Part shown: positions 1 to 11,758 of the stretch, in pieces
How the letters are laid out: each line of letters begins with the position of its first letter
Position numbering within the stretch: the stretch's first letter is position 1
Origin: a virus
Lineage: Duplodnaviria > Heunggongvirae > Uroviricota > Caudoviricetes
Virus record (IMG/VR): IMGVR_UViG_2602041671_000009
Strand: one strand, 5' to 3'
DNA: 26,300 bases
Made by a program: the position numbers and the translations under genes
Notes under the pieces: model-generated
Database searches by the model: none
Told to the model about the DNA's origin: nothing
What the model saw: only the letters and a program-made list of their open reading frames with translations

Positions 1-1104
1 TTGCCGGCAAAAAGCAAGCATAAAGGAAGTATCCTGATAATAAGTGGTGGTCCCGGGTTACCAGGCATAAATCCTTATATTAACTTTGACTGGCCAGTCA
101 CAAATCTTCGTGAGTCATGGGATATTATTGGATTTGATCCTCGAGGCGTCGGACAGTCCACTCCGACAATAAACTGCCGGCAATCAGATACAGAGACTCA
201 GGAAAACATAACCGAAAAGCAACAAGTATTAAATAAAATTAATGCCTGTATCCATAATACCGGAGCCGAAGTCATTCGCCATATCGGCTCTAACGAGGCT
301 GTATACGATATTGATCGTATTAGGCAAGCCTTGGGGGATAAACAACTGACAGCCGTGGCGTATTCGTATGGAACTCAAATTGCAGCCTTATATGCAGAAC
401 GTTTTCCCTACAACGTAAGATCTATCGTTCTTGATGGAGTCGTCGATATCGATGACCTGGAGGACAACTTCACATGGCAACTCAAACAGGCACAGAGTTA
501 TCAGGAAACGTTTGATCGCTTTGCATCCTGGTGTGCGCGTACAAAAAGTTGCCCGCTTTCTTCAGACAGAGATAAGGCAATAACTCAGTTCCATGAGCTA
601 TTATCAAAATTACATCACAAACCTTTATTAGACAGTAAGGGAGAAAATATATCTTCAGATGAACTCATATCATTAACAACAGACCTTCTGCTATGGCGTT
701 CATCATGGCCAACCCTTGCAACTGCCATACGCCAGTTCTCTCAGGGGATTGTCAGTAATGAAATTGAAACTGCGCTCAGTGCTCCGATAGCCTCAGAAGA
801 GTCAAGCGATGCTTCGGGGGTAATCCTCTGTGTAGATCAGGGGGATGAGCAATTAACACCAGAAGAGCGAAAATCCCGAAAAGACGCTCTTGCGAATGCC
901 TTCCCGGCTATTAACTTTGACAATGGACGTTCCGATTCACCTGATTTTTGTGAATTATGGCCAATACATAGCGACCTGAACAAAACTCGCCTGAAAAATA
1001 CTGTTCTGCCCTCTGGTTTACTGTTTGTAGCACACAAATACGACCCAACAACGCCCTGGATTAATGCCCGTAAGATGCAGAGAAATTTTCCAGCCCGTTA
1101 CTAA
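1..1104 (+). CDS. alpha/beta-hydrolase fold peptidase (prolyl aminopeptidase / S33-like), 5' partial
   Basis: Frame is open from the window edge to TAA at 1102-1104. Product has GFDPRGVGQS and an A-Y-S-Y-G nucleophile-elbow-like motif typical of alpha/beta hydrolases. True start probably lies upstream of the window. Confidence 0.55.
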   Translation: MPAKSKHKGSILIISGGPGLPGINPYINFDWPVTNLRESWDIIGFDPRGVGQSTPTINCRQSDTETQENITEKQQVLNKINACIHNTGAEVIRHIGSNEAVYDIDRIRQALGDKQLTAVAYSYGTQIAALYAERFPYNVRSIVLDGVVDIDDLEDNFTWQLKQAQSYQETFDRFASWCARTKSCPLSSDRDKAITQFHELLSKLHHKPLLDSKGENISSDELISLTTDLLLWRSSWPTLATAIRQFSQGIVSNEIETALSAPIASEESSDASGVILCVDQGDEQLTPEERKSRKDALANAFPAINFDNGRSDSPDFCELWPIHSDLNKTRLKNTVLPSGLLFVAHKYDPTTPWINARKMQRNFPARY

Positions 1105-1264
1105 CAATAAATGGTGATGGGCATACATTAGCTCTCACCGGAGTTAATTTATGTGTAGATAAAGCAGTTGTACATTACCTGATCACTCCACAAAAATAGA
1201 AAATATATACTGCCCAGGAAATTCTGAAGCAGAAATACAATAATTTCAAAATATTCCGCTATTT

Positions 1265-1298
1265 GCTCCCAATGCAAAACATATATTGCATTGGGAGC
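1265..1298. repeat. 13-bp perfect inverted repeat (GCTCCCAATGCAA ... TTGCATTGGGAGC) with short AT spacer
   Basis: Read directly from the sequence; lies in the intergenic gap between the hydrolase and the Tfa-like fragment. Confidence 0.6.
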
Positions 1299-1426
1299 AT
1301 ATTCATATTTTTGTTATTATTGTATGAAATCGTCTCATGTACACGGTCCTTTTTTCGCCGAAAACTGATATTACTTTAATCAAAAGTTGACGTGCCAGAT
1401 TCGAAGTAAATTTATAAAATATCAAA

Positions 1427-1732
1427 TCAATATACATTTTGCACCTTCGAGATAGTAATGACTGTTACTGTAACATGAGTTACAAACAGCTTCATACCCA
1501 GAGCTACTGATGTATCAACTCGATTCAACAATACCCGATATTTATTCCATGCCTCCAGCAACGATCTTTCTTCCTCCGTTGCGATTTCCAGATCTACAGC
1601 ATCCTGCAGTGGCGCAATATACTCACTGAATTCCTGGATGTAGAACTGTGTGGTGACGGTCTTCCAGCCATTCGGCTCCTGCTGTATCGAAGCATACCAG
1701 GCTATTTCAATATCGCTATGCTGCGGCAGCAT
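1427..1732 (-). CDS. tail fibre assembly (Tfa)-like small ORF, probable gene remnant
   Basis: 101-aa ORF whose central segment ([38 protein letters not shown]) is near-identical to the C-terminal domain of the Tfa at 4238-4813. Flanking residues are unrelated. Confidence 0.45.
   Translation of the reverse strand: MLPQHSDIEIAWYASIQQEPNGWKTVTTQFYIQEFSEYIAPLQDAVDLEIATEEERSLLEAWNKYRVLLNRVDTSVALGMKLFVTHVTVTVITISKVQNVY
1505..1622. repeat. direct repeat copy 1 (tfa 3' segment)
   Basis: About 120 bp aligns at roughly 85-90 percent with 4270-4388 in the same orientation; identical 40-bp core at 1567-1606 versus 4333-4372. Confidence 0.7.
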
Positions 1733-1871
1733 TTAACCCCTTGTAATTCATCGCCATAATTGATTTAATTCACAAATAAAACTATAACATGGTGAAATTA
1801 ATGAAAAAAACACAGATGATGGGGCTAAAATTTACACACCACTTACCCTAAAGCTTTATGACTGGTGGGTT

Positions 1872-2455
1872 TTGGGAGTATCAAATCGGCTTGCATGGGG
1901 ATGTCCTACAAAGGAACACCTTCTTCCACACTTTCTGGAACATTTAGGTAACAACCATCTGGATATTGGTGTTGGAACTGGGTTTTACCTTACTCACGTA
2001 CCTGAGAGTAGTCTGATATCTTTAATGGATTTGAACGAAGCTAGCCTGAACGCGGCATCTACAAGGCTGGGGAATCAAAAATTAAACATAAAATTAACCA
2101 TGATGTTTTTGAACCTTATCCCGCGGCGTTACATGGTCAATTTGATTCCATTTCCATGTTTTACCTTCTTCACTGCCTGCCTGGAAATATATCTACAAAA
2201 AGCTGTGTAATACGCAATGCGGCGCAGGCCTTAACTGACGATGGAACTCTATACGGAGCCACAATTCTTGGCGATGGAGTTGTGCACAATAGCTTCGGTC
2301 AAAAACTGATGCGCATTTACAATCAGAAAGGCATCTTTTCAAACACAAAAGATTCCGAAGAAGGCTTAACACATATACTCTCAGAGCATTTCGAGAATGT
2401 TAAAACCAAGGTTCAAGGTACTGTAGTAATGTTTTCCGCTTCAGGGAAAAAATAG
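1872..2455 (+). pseudogene. class I SAM-dependent methyltransferase, frameshifted
   Basis: ORF 1872-2210 carries LDIGVGTG (SAM-binding motif I) and an MDLNE acidic motif. ORF 2156-2455 in another frame continues with FDSISMFYLLHCLP and DGTLYGATIL. The second frame is open from 2045 (...NHDVFEPYP...), so the frames swap inside the A-rich run around 2077-2092. Confidence 0.45.
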
Positions 2456-3002
2456 CATCCAACCGCAGCACGTTCTTGCATAAGGCGTGTCTGCGGTTTT
2501 TCAACTATTCAGATACATCACTCCCATCACATTCATTCCTCCGCATCATAGGCATATAGGCTATATCACCTTGATATTTTTCTTCTTCAGATAAAAACTG
2601 TTATCTATGTATACTTTTAAACCCAATCCGTGTAGAGTCTCTGCATAAGATAGTTTGCAGTTGCCACTTCAGCTTGCGCCATAAACCGCCTGATTTTTGC
2701 CGCCACCTGTTAGCATTCCTGTATACCTGAAACGACAATGTTTATCTACGAACTTTAAGAACACCCAGGATAAAAATTGTCAACTATATCATATATAACA
2801 CATTACTAATTCGAGGCTATATGAACAGCATACTGATAATCACTTCTCTCCTTATCATATTCAGCATTTTTAGTCATGCCCTAATAAAATTAGGGATTGG
2901 CATATCCAATAACCCAGACAAAACCGATGTATAAGTCAACATATCCTGAATCAGACATACAATATCGCAATGAAAATCAATAATATTTTAAGGAATATCT
3001 TC

Positions 3003-3236
3003 ATGAAATCAAAAGACACCCTAAAGTGGTTCCCTGCGCAGCTTCCTGAAGTAAGAATTATCCTAGGGGATGCTGTAGTGGAAGTAGCAAAACAGGGAAG
3101 ACCTATCAATACCAGAACATTGCTTGATTACATTGAAGGAAACATAAAGAAAAAATCATGGCTGGATAACAAAGAATTATTACAAACAGCGATATCAGTT
3201 CTTAAAGACAACCAAAATTTAAATGGTAAAATGTAA
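3003..3236 (+). CDS. YdfK/YnaE-like small prophage protein (77 aa)
   Basis: ATG at 3003 preceded by AAGGAA about 9 nt upstream. Product MKSKDTLKWFPAQLPEVRIILGDAVVEVAKQG... matches my recollection of the Qin/Rac ydfK/ynaE products that sit next to pin genes. Long AT-rich region upstream. Confidence 0.55.
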   Translation: MKSKDTLKWFPAQLPEVRIILGDAVVEVAKQGRPINTRTLLDYIEGNIKKKSWLDNKELLQTAISVLKDNQNLNGKM

Positions 3237-3552
3237 TATAATAAACTTACTTTTTTATCATTTTTCCACTTTAACAACATTTTGCTCCACTTTTCCACGA
3301 TCAAACAACTTGAAATCTGGTTAAAATAACACGCAACACTATTCTTCTTCCTTGAGTCCGCCCGGAACTCGAAAAACAAACCGAGTTAAAGCCATTTTTC
3401 ACAAAATCGATTTTGGGTCTCACCAAAATTACGGGGTTGCATACGCATTCGTTTATTTTCGAACGTGTACATACAAATATGCACAAAAATAATCAAAATT
3501 ATTTTCTGAGATGCATTATGATATGAACACCAATTTCGTATAGAGTCTCACT

Positions 3553-4142
3553 ATGTCTCGAATTTTTGCTTACTGTCGGATATCAACGCTGGATCAGACC
3601 ATCGAAAATCAACGCCGGGAAATCGAAAGTGCAGGTTTTAAAATCAAACCTCAGCAAATAATCGAAGAACACATTAGCGGCTCAGCAGCAACCAGTGAGC
3701 GTCCTGGTTTTAACCGGTTGCTTGCTCGCCTGAAATGTGGTGATCAATTGATTGTGACAAAACTGGATCGCCTTGGTTGTAATGCAATGGATATCAGGAA
3801 AACAGTGGAACAACTGACCGAAACAGGTATCAGAGTGCATTGCTTAGCATTGGGGGGCATTGACCTGACCAGTCCAACAGGAAAAATGATGATGCACGTA
3901 ATTTCAGCAGTCGCTGAATTTGAACGAGACCTTTTACTTGAACGCACTCATTCCGGGATAGTAAGAGCCGCGGCGCAGGGAAACGTTTTGGTCGACCACC
4001 TGTGTTAAATGAAGAACAGAAACAGGTGGTATTCGAACGAATTAAGTCAGGTGTAAGTATAAGTGCCATTGCCCGGGAATTCAAAACCTCGCGGCAAACC
4101 ATTTTAAGAGCCAAAGCAAAACTTCAGACACCTGACATATAA
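3553..4142 (+). pseudogene. pin: serine recombinase / DNA invertase (PinR/PinQ-like), frameshifted
   Basis: ORF 3553-4008 encodes the catalytic domain (YCRISTLDQ with nucleophilic Ser, LDRLGCN...). The C-terminal HTH ([53 protein letters not shown]) is in a different frame from 4002 to TAA at 4140-4142. The frame break maps to the GGG/AAA run at 3978-3983. Confidence 0.7.
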
Positions 4143-4237
4143 AATAATCTCGGTGTGAGATGCTTTACGTCTTCCAAGCCCCCTTCCTTGCCGTAAATGG
4201 AAAGATACATCTAATTATAGAATTTATATGTTTTACC

Positions 4238-4813
4238 CTACGGCAGTGCTGGCCATTCAATATCCTGTGCAGTTGACGTATCAACACGGTTCAGCAACAC
4301 CCGATACTTTTTCCAGGCTTCCAGCAATGAGGTTTCTTCCTCCGTTGCGATTTCCAGATCTACAGCATCCTGAAGTGGCGCAATATGCTCACTGGCTACC
4401 TGCATCAGGCTGTTTTTTGTTTCTTCCGCCTCTCGGATCCGGAACAGTTTTTCTGCTTCTGCATCTTTCACCCAGGCTGTGCCGTTCCACTTCTGAAACT
4501 CCCCTTCCGGCGATAACCAGGTAACATTTTCCGGTAACGGACCGAGTTCAGAAATAAATAACGCGTCCCCTGACGCTACGTCATAAACCGTTTTACCCCG
4601 ATGGTCTTCAACGAGATGCCACGATGCCTTATCACTGTTGAAAACAGCCACAAAGCCAGCAGGAATATCTGGTGGTGCAATATCGGTACTGTTTGCTGGC
4701 AGACCTGTATGAGGCGGAATATATGCGTCACCTTCACCAATAAATTCATTAGTTCCGGCCAGCAGATTATAAATTTTTATGGTCCGTGGTTGTTCACTCA
4801 TTCTGAATGCCAT
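4238..4813 (-). CDS. tfa: tail fibre assembly protein Tfa (lambda-like)
   Basis: 191-aa [34 protein letters not shown]... through ...[29 protein letters not shown]. Matches lambda Tfa from memory. Start overlaps the stop of the upstream fibre ORF. Confidence 0.85.
   Translation of the reverse strand: MAFRMSEQPRTIKIYNLLAGTNEFIGEGDAYIPPHTGLPANSTDIAPPDIPAGFVAVFNSDKASWHLVEDHRGKTVYDVASGDALFISELGPLPENVTWLSPEGEFQKWNGTAWVKDAEAEKLFRIREAEETKNSLMQVASEHIAPLQDAVDLEIATEEETSLLEAWKKYRVLLNRVDTSTAQDIEWPALP
4270..4388. repeat. direct repeat copy 2 (tfa 3' segment)
   Basis: Partner of 1505-1622; same orientation. Confidence 0.7.
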
Positions 4814-5448
4814 TATGCAAGCCTCACAATATAGTTAAATGCGATGTTTTTGACGGTGTTTTCCGCGTTACCAGCAGCGTTAACGGTGATGGTGTGTCCA
4901 TGTGAACCAATCGCAACGGAGTGCGTATGAGCACCAATACCGACAGTATGCGCGTGTGCACCTGCAGATGCTGCTGTGCCGGACAGTGAATGGCTATGAT
5001 TACCATCTGTACTGGTATTCGCTAACCACCCCGTAGACATACCTACTGAGCCTTGTACACCCCAGGTATTTTGACCTGAGCTTGTATAACCATATTGATA
5101 AGTATCTTTAAAAACACTGGGGTTAAATCGACGGCCATCTCTATGGCTGTGATTACCAGCTGCATTCGTGCTGCCACTTAAACTATGGGTATGCGCACCA
5201 GTGTTATTCGTGGATTTAGTGCCGTAATCAAACGACGATGTGGTTTTCGTCCCCAAATCCGTACTGGATGCGCTGGCGCTGTGGGTATGCGATTTAATGC
5301 CGTCCTGTTCCTGAGACAATACGGCCCGACCACTGGCAGGTTTGCCCTTAATCGTCCAGCCACGCATATCCACGATGGCTTCTTTTTCCGGTACATGCTG
5401 CACGGCGGTGATGGCATACGTGCCGTCGTCGTTCTCACGGATACTCAC
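4813..5448 (-). pseudogene. side tail fibre C-terminal portion fused to an internal J segment (chimeric remnant)
   Basis: 211-aa ORF starts [27 protein letters not shown] (recalled as internal to lambda host-specificity protein J), then continues with a histidine-rich HTHS/HSHS repeat region ending ...[11 protein letters not shown], typical of Stf-type fibre C-termini. Confidence 0.6.
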
Positions 5449-5801
5449 GCACCGAAGGTAAAGCGCAGACGGTCGATGTTTGCAGACGTAATGGTGCGGG
5501 TGATCGGCGTGTCATATTTCACTTCCGTACCCAGCACCGTCTCGGAGCCGGAGGATTCAAACCCCTCCGGCGGTGTCTGCTCCTGCTCACCGGCACGGAA
5601 CACCACCGTGACACCGGAGATGTTGGTATTCCCCTCAGTGTCCAGCACCGGCGTACTGTTCAGCAGCACGCTTTTTAATCCATCCACCGGACCTTCAACC
5701 GGCCCTTCGCTGATGGCATCGATCACACTCAGCAACTGCGTGGACTTCAGGTTGTCCTTCGCTTCGCGCGGGGTATGCCCCTTACTGCTTCCTTTACCCA
5801 T
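5445..5801 (-). pseudogene. J: host specificity protein J, N-terminal 118-codon fragment
   Basis: MGKGSSKGHTPREAKDNLKSTQLLSVIDAISEGPVEGPVDGLKSVLLNSTPVLDTEGNTNISGVTVVFRAGEQEQTPPEG... matches the lambda J N-terminus. Frame stops at 5445; J is over 1100 aa in lambda, so most of the gene is missing. Confidence 0.8.
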
Positions 5802-5861
5802 TCCTCACGCTCCATAAATGACAAAACCGCCCGCAGGCGGTTTCACATAAAACATTTTGCA

Positions 5862-6533
5862 TCAGCGACCAATCACCACAACCTGACCACCGTCCCCTTC
5901 GTCTGCCGTGCTGATCTCCTGAGAAACCACGCGTGACCCCACGCGCATTTCCCCGTACAGAACAGGCAGAACATTGCCCTGGGCAACCATGTTATCCAGT
6001 GAGGAGAAATAGGTGTTCTGCTTACCGTTATCCGTTGTCTGTGTACGGGGAGTTCTGGCTTTCGGTGCCAGCATCTGCGCCACACCACCGAGCACCATAC
6101 TGGCACCGAGAGAAAACAGGATGCCGGTCATACCACCGGCCCCAATGGCTGCCCCCCATGCTGCAAGGGTGGCTCCGGCGGTAAAGAATGATCCGGCAAT
6201 GGCGGCAGCCCCCAGGACAATCTGGAATACGCCACCTGACTTGGCCCCGGCGACTCTGGGAACAATATGAATCACAGCGCCATCAGGCAGAGTCTCATGT
6301 AACTGCGCCGTTAACCCGGACGTGCTGACGTCCCGCCCGGCAATCCGTACCTGATACCAGCCGTCGCTCAGTTTCTGACGAAACGCCGGGAGCTGTGTGG
6401 CCAGTGCCCGGATGGCTTCAGCCCCCGTTTTCACACGAAGGTCGATGCGGCGACCAAATCGTTGTAAATCCCCGTAAAGGCAGATGCGCGCCATGCCCGG
6501 TGACGCCAGAGGGAGTGTGTGCGTCGCTGCCAT
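5862..6533 (-). CDS. I: tail tip assembly protein I
   Basis: 223-aa ORF, MAATHTLPLASPGMARICLYGDLQRFGRRIDLRVKTGAEAIRALATQLPAFRQ..., lambda gpI-like with lambda-like K/I overlap. Confidence 0.85.
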   Translation of the reverse strand: MAATHTLPLASPGMARICLYGDLQRFGRRIDLRVKTGAEAIRALATQLPAFRQKLSDGWYQVRIAGRDVSTSGLTAQLHETLPDGAVIHIVPRVAGAKSGGVFQIVLGAAAIAGSFFTAGATLAAWGAAIGAGGMTGILFSLGASMVLGGVAQMLAPKARTPRTQTTDNGKQNTYFSSLDNMVAQGNVLPVLYGEMRVGSRVVSQEISTADEGDGGQVVVIGR

Positions 6534-7174
6534 TTGTCGGTGTACCTCTCTCGTTTGCTCAGTTGTTCAGGAATATGGTGCAGCAGCTCGCCGTCGCCGC
6601 AGTAAATTGCGGCGTGATTCGGCACCGATGAACCAAAACAGCACAGCAGCACATCGCCCGGCTGTGCCGCTGACAACGGCACCTGATACAGCCCCGTCGC
6701 CTCCAGATTATCCAGATAGAGATTCTGGCCGTTACGCCACCAGTCATCCTCACGATGAAAGTCCGGCATCTCAATCCCCGCCAGATGATAAGCATCCCGG
6801 AACAGTGTGTAACAGTCCGTCACACCGTGCTCAAAGCGCCGCCCGGTGAGATGCGGCACACAGCGGAACTTATGAATCGTCCCCCGGCAGACCAGCCACC
6901 ACGGCAAATCACTCTGCACCTGCAGCCGCCGGTCGGCCTCACTCAGCCAGGGCAGACCACCGGGGTGGCTGTGGACCAGCGCCACAATCTCACCCTGCAT
7001 TTCTGCCTGCAGCCAGTCTTCCGGCGACATACGGAAATACGCCTCCGGCTCACCGGAAATATTCACGCAGGGAAAATATCTTTCCCCCTCCGGCGTGCTT
7101 ACCACGAAGCCGCACGACTCCGCTGGCGCACATCGCCGGGCGTGCGCCAGAATCGCTGATTCTGTCTCTGTCAT
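6431..7174 (-). CDS. K: tail tip assembly protein K (JAB/MPN plus NlpC/P60-like)
   Basis: ORF with E...HSHPGG...S..D JAMM-type motif and a downstream Cys-containing hydrolase-like region. Lambda gpK-like. An alternative internal start (MSPEDWLQ, about 7030) is possible. Confidence 0.8.
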   Translation of the reverse strand: MTETESAILAHARRCAPAESCGFVVSTPEGERYFPCVNISGEPEAYFRMSPEDWLQAEMQGEIVALVHSHPGGLPWLSEADRRLQVQSDLPWWLVCRGTIHKFRCVPHLTGRRFEHGVTDCYTLFRDAYHLAGIEMPDFHREDDWWRNGQNLYLDNLEATGLYQVPLSAAQPGDVLLCCFGSSVPNHAAIYCGDGELLHHIPEQLSKRERYTDKWQRRTHSLWRHRAWRASAFTGIYNDLVAASTFV

Positions 7175-7179
7175 GGGAT

Positions 7180-7877
7180 TTACTGCGAAAGTTTGTTAAT
7201 GGAAAGGAAGCCGCCAAAGTTGCCGACGTTATTGCGGAACTTACAACCGCTCAGGCATTTGCTGCATTTATCCTTCGTGATATCGGACGTTGGCTGGTCA
7301 TATTCATCCGCGACAGCCGGACCGCTATAACCGCACTCGTCACCGCGATAGGTCCAGGTGCAGGTGTTGGCCAGCATGATACGTCCCGGAAAACAGCGCC
7401 ATCCGTTTCCGTCGGCGTGGACAGTACAAAAGAGGCACTGACCGCGCTCAGTTCGCTGCACTGCTCAATGCGCCAGCGGCTGATCACCTCCTGCTCCGGA
7501 TCGGCGTCACTGTTTCCGTTGACGAAGTTCACCGCATCCAGAAAACGGGCATAAACCTTACGCCTGACCACCGTTCCGCCGACCAGACTCTGCAGATCTT
7601 CCGCCATCCCGGTGACCATGCCATACAGGTTAGAAACCGTCAGCGTGGGGCGCGTACTGGTGCCTTTGCCATTCAGTTCGAAACCACTCCCCTGAATGGG
7701 ATACGCCTGATACTGTCGCCCCTGCCAGGTGACCGGCTCACCTTTTTCGTTCTGCTCATTACAGAAAAAATAACGTTCTCCACCAACCTCTGTCAGATCG
7801 ATTTCCCAGAGCACCACGCTGGCCGACTGCTCCGCACGGGTGCATTCATTCAGTGTTTCCTGTCGGATATCCTGCAT
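7180..7877 (-). pseudogene. L: minor tail protein L, frameshifted
   Basis: ORF 7251-7877 matches lambda L through ...TETDGAVF and then diverges. ORF 7180-7461 in another frame carries the rest (PGRIMLANTCTWTYRGDECGYSG...FLSINKLSQ). Frames swap at the A4 run at 7390-7393 (T-run on the coding strand). Confidence 0.8.
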
Positions 7878-8206
7878 CAGTTCACCACCTGTTCAAACTC
7901 TGCGCTGAACTCAACACGCAGCATACTGACCCGCGACGACCATTTTGCGCAGGTCACCTTTATCTGCCGGTAGCCATAAGGCGGCGTCCACAGAAAGGCC
8001 TTCCAGCCCCCGTGCTCAGCCAGAAACGACTCCAGCGCCGCGGCCTCCCAACGGGGAACAGAAAGCGTCACGCTGTACGTTTTCAGGTCAGTGTTCAGCC
8101 CGGCAGGCGCTCGCTGGGAATAGCCATCACCAAAGCGCACCTTTCTTACGGAAGGGGCCGAAGCCACATCCATACCGGGTTTCACTTTCCAGCGGAAGGT
8201 TTTCAT
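7877..8206 (-). CDS. M: minor tail protein M
   Basis: 109-aa ORF, MKTFRWKVKPGMDVASAPSVRKVRFGDGYSQRAPAGL...RVSMLRVEFSAEFEQVVN, lambda gpM-like. ATGA overlap with the upstream frame. Confidence 0.88.
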   Translation of the reverse strand: MKTFRWKVKPGMDVASAPSVRKVRFGDGYSQRAPAGLNTDLKTYSVTLSVPRWEAAALESFLAEHGGWKAFLWTPPYGYRQIKVTCAKWSSRVSMLRVEFSAEFEQVVN

Positions 8207-8436
8207 CGTCCACCTCCGGAGAACAGACCACCATCGCGCATCTGCCCGGTCACAACATCCATTGCCGCCTTACGGGCTACGTCATAAACAGCCTTCAGCG
8301 CCTGTGGCCCTAGCTGGCGACGTTGTGCCGCCTCCTCCAGTACCGCGAACTGACTTTCTGCCTTCCACAAATCCCGGCGCTGCTGGCTGATTTTCTCATT
8401 TGCTCCGGCATGCTTCTCCAGCGTCCGGAGTAGCCG
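8203..8436 (-). pseudogene. probable tape-measure (H) 3' remnant
   Basis: Open frame without ATG ending ...MRDGGLFSGGGR with its TGA overlapping the M start (ATGA), as expected for the gene upstream of M. Assignment to H is by position and partial recollection only. Confidence 0.4.
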
Positions 8437-9094
8437 TTATCCGTATCCTGAGCCGTCTGCAGGTTCAGTGAGTCACCCGGCATCAGGTGCGGTACTTTTG
8501 CGCCTCCCAGCCGGACCGGCGCTGCGGCGTAATACGCGGCAATTTCACCAATCCAGCCGGTCAGCCTTTCCCGCTGCTCCTGACTGTTCGCGCCCAGAAT
8601 AAAATCCATCGCTGACTGCGTATCCAGCTCACTCTCAATGGTGGCGGCATACATCGCCTTCACAATGGCGCTCTGCAGCTGCGTGTTCTGCAGCGTGTCG
8701 AGCATCTTCATCTGCTCCATCACGCTGTAAAACACATTTGCACCGCGAGTCTGCCCGTCCTCCACGGGTTCAAAAACGTGAATGAACGAGGCGCGCCCGC
8801 CGGGTAACTCACGGGGTATCCATGTCCATTTCTGCGGCATCCAGCCAGGATACCCGTCCTCGCTGACGTAATATCCCAGCGCCGCACCGCTGTCATTAAT
8901 CTGCACACCGGCACGGCAGTTCCGGCTGTCGCCGGTATTGTTCGGGTTGCTGATGCGCTTCGGGCTGACCATCCGGAACTGTGTCCGGAAAAGCCGCGAC
9001 GAACTGGTATCCAGGTGGCCTGAACGAACAGTTCACCGTTAAAGGCGTGCATGGCCACACCTTCCCGAATCATCATGGTAACCGGCATATTCAC
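8428..9094 (-). pseudogene. B: portal protein B, fragmented (N-terminus missing, internal frameshift, 3' end lost)
   Basis: ORF 8720-9094 contains MMIREGVAMHAFNGELFVQATW and ORF 8310-8972 contains MVSPKRISNPNNTGDSRNCRAGVQIN...QTAQDTDNGYS, both matching internal lambda gpB. Frames swap at a GG run near 9011-9012. Only about 50 bp separate W from the first B fragment, so the B N-terminus is absent. Confidence 0.75.
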
Positions 9095-9145
9095 GCAGCG
9101 ATGTCATGCCGTCCGGCCCCAGAAGGGTGGGAATGGTGGACGTTT

Positions 9146-10824
<1,679 letters not shown>

Positions 10825-10850
<26 letters not shown>

Positions 10851-11370
10851 TCAGCAACCCCGGTATCAGTTCATCCAGCGCGGCTGCTTTGTTCATGGCT
10901 TTGATGATATCCCGTTTCAGGAAATCAACATGTCGGTTTTCCAGTTCCGGAAAACGCCGCTGCACCGACAGGGGGATCCCGTCGAGAATACTGGCAATTT
11001 CACCTGCGATCCGCGACAGCACGAAAGTACAGAATGCGGTTTCCACCACTTCAGCTGAGTCTCTGGCATTCTTCAGTTCCTGTGCGTCGGCCTGCGCACG
11101 CGTAAGTCGATGGCGTTCGTACTCAATAGTCCCTGGCTGGAGATCTGCCTCGCTGGCCTGGCGCAGTTCTTCAACCTCCCGGCGCAGCTTTTCGTTCTCA
11201 ATTTCAGCATCCCTTTCGGCATACCATTTTATAACGGCGGCAGAGTCATAAAGCACCTCATTACCCTTGCCACCGCCTCGCAGAACGGGCATTCCCTGCT
11301 CCTGCCAGTTCTGAATGGTACGGATACTCGCACCGAAAATGTCAGCCAGCTGCTTTTTGTTGACTTCCAT
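10825..11370 (-). CDS. Nu1: terminase small subunit Nu1
   Basis: 181-aa ORF, MEVNKKQLADIFGASIRTIQNWQEQGMPVLRGGGKGNEVLYDSAAVIKWYAERD..., lambda Nu1-like with N-terminal HTH; overlaps the A start. Confidence 0.88.
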
Positions 11371-11379
11371 TGTTCATTC

Positions 11380-11600
11380 CACGGCCAAAAACAGAGAAAG
11401 GAAACGACAAAGGCCCAAAAGTTCGTTTTCAGCACCTGTCGTTTCCTTTCTTTTCAGGGGGTATTTTAAATAAAAACATTAAGTTACGACGAAGAAGAAC
11501 GGAAACGCCTTAAACCGGAAAATTTTCATAAATAGCGAAAACCCGCGAGGTCGCCGCCCCGTAACCTGTCGGATCGCCGGAAAGGACCCGAAAAATGATA
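11380..11600 (-). other. cos region (cosB plus cosN cohesive-end site)
   Basis: Plus strand 11548-11559 reads AGGTCGCCGCCC, the reverse complement of the lambda 12-nt cohesive end GGGCGGCGACCT. It lies about 180 nt upstream of Nu1, as in lambda. Confidence 0.7.
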
Positions 11601-11758
11601 ATAATTATCATCTACATGTCACAACGTGCATCTACGCCATCAAACCACGTCAAATAATCAATTATGACGCAGGTATCGTATTAATTGATCTGCATCAACT
11701 TAACGTAAAAACAACTTCAGACAATACAAATCAGCGAAACTGAATACGGGGCAACCTC

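Noticed and set aside
3237-3552. Hin/Gin-type 26-bp recombination site next to the invertase gene
   Set aside because: The short dyad AACTCG...CGAGTT (about 3363-3386) does not match the gix/hix half-site consensus as I recall it, and no inverted partner exists elsewhere in the window.
5185-5817. 210-aa plus-strand ORF (and similar long ORFs at 6755-7159, 10023-10790, 9186-9695, 15725-16288)
   Set aside because: They are antisense to well-supported lambda-like or porin genes, have no RBS, and their products are low-complexity. Treated as shadow ORFs.
5802-5861. Hairpin AAACCGCCCGCAGGCGGTTT between I and the J start as a terminator
   Set aside because: It lies inside a translationally tight tail operon immediately before the J RBS, with only a weak T-run. 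More likely an mRNA structure element; not called.
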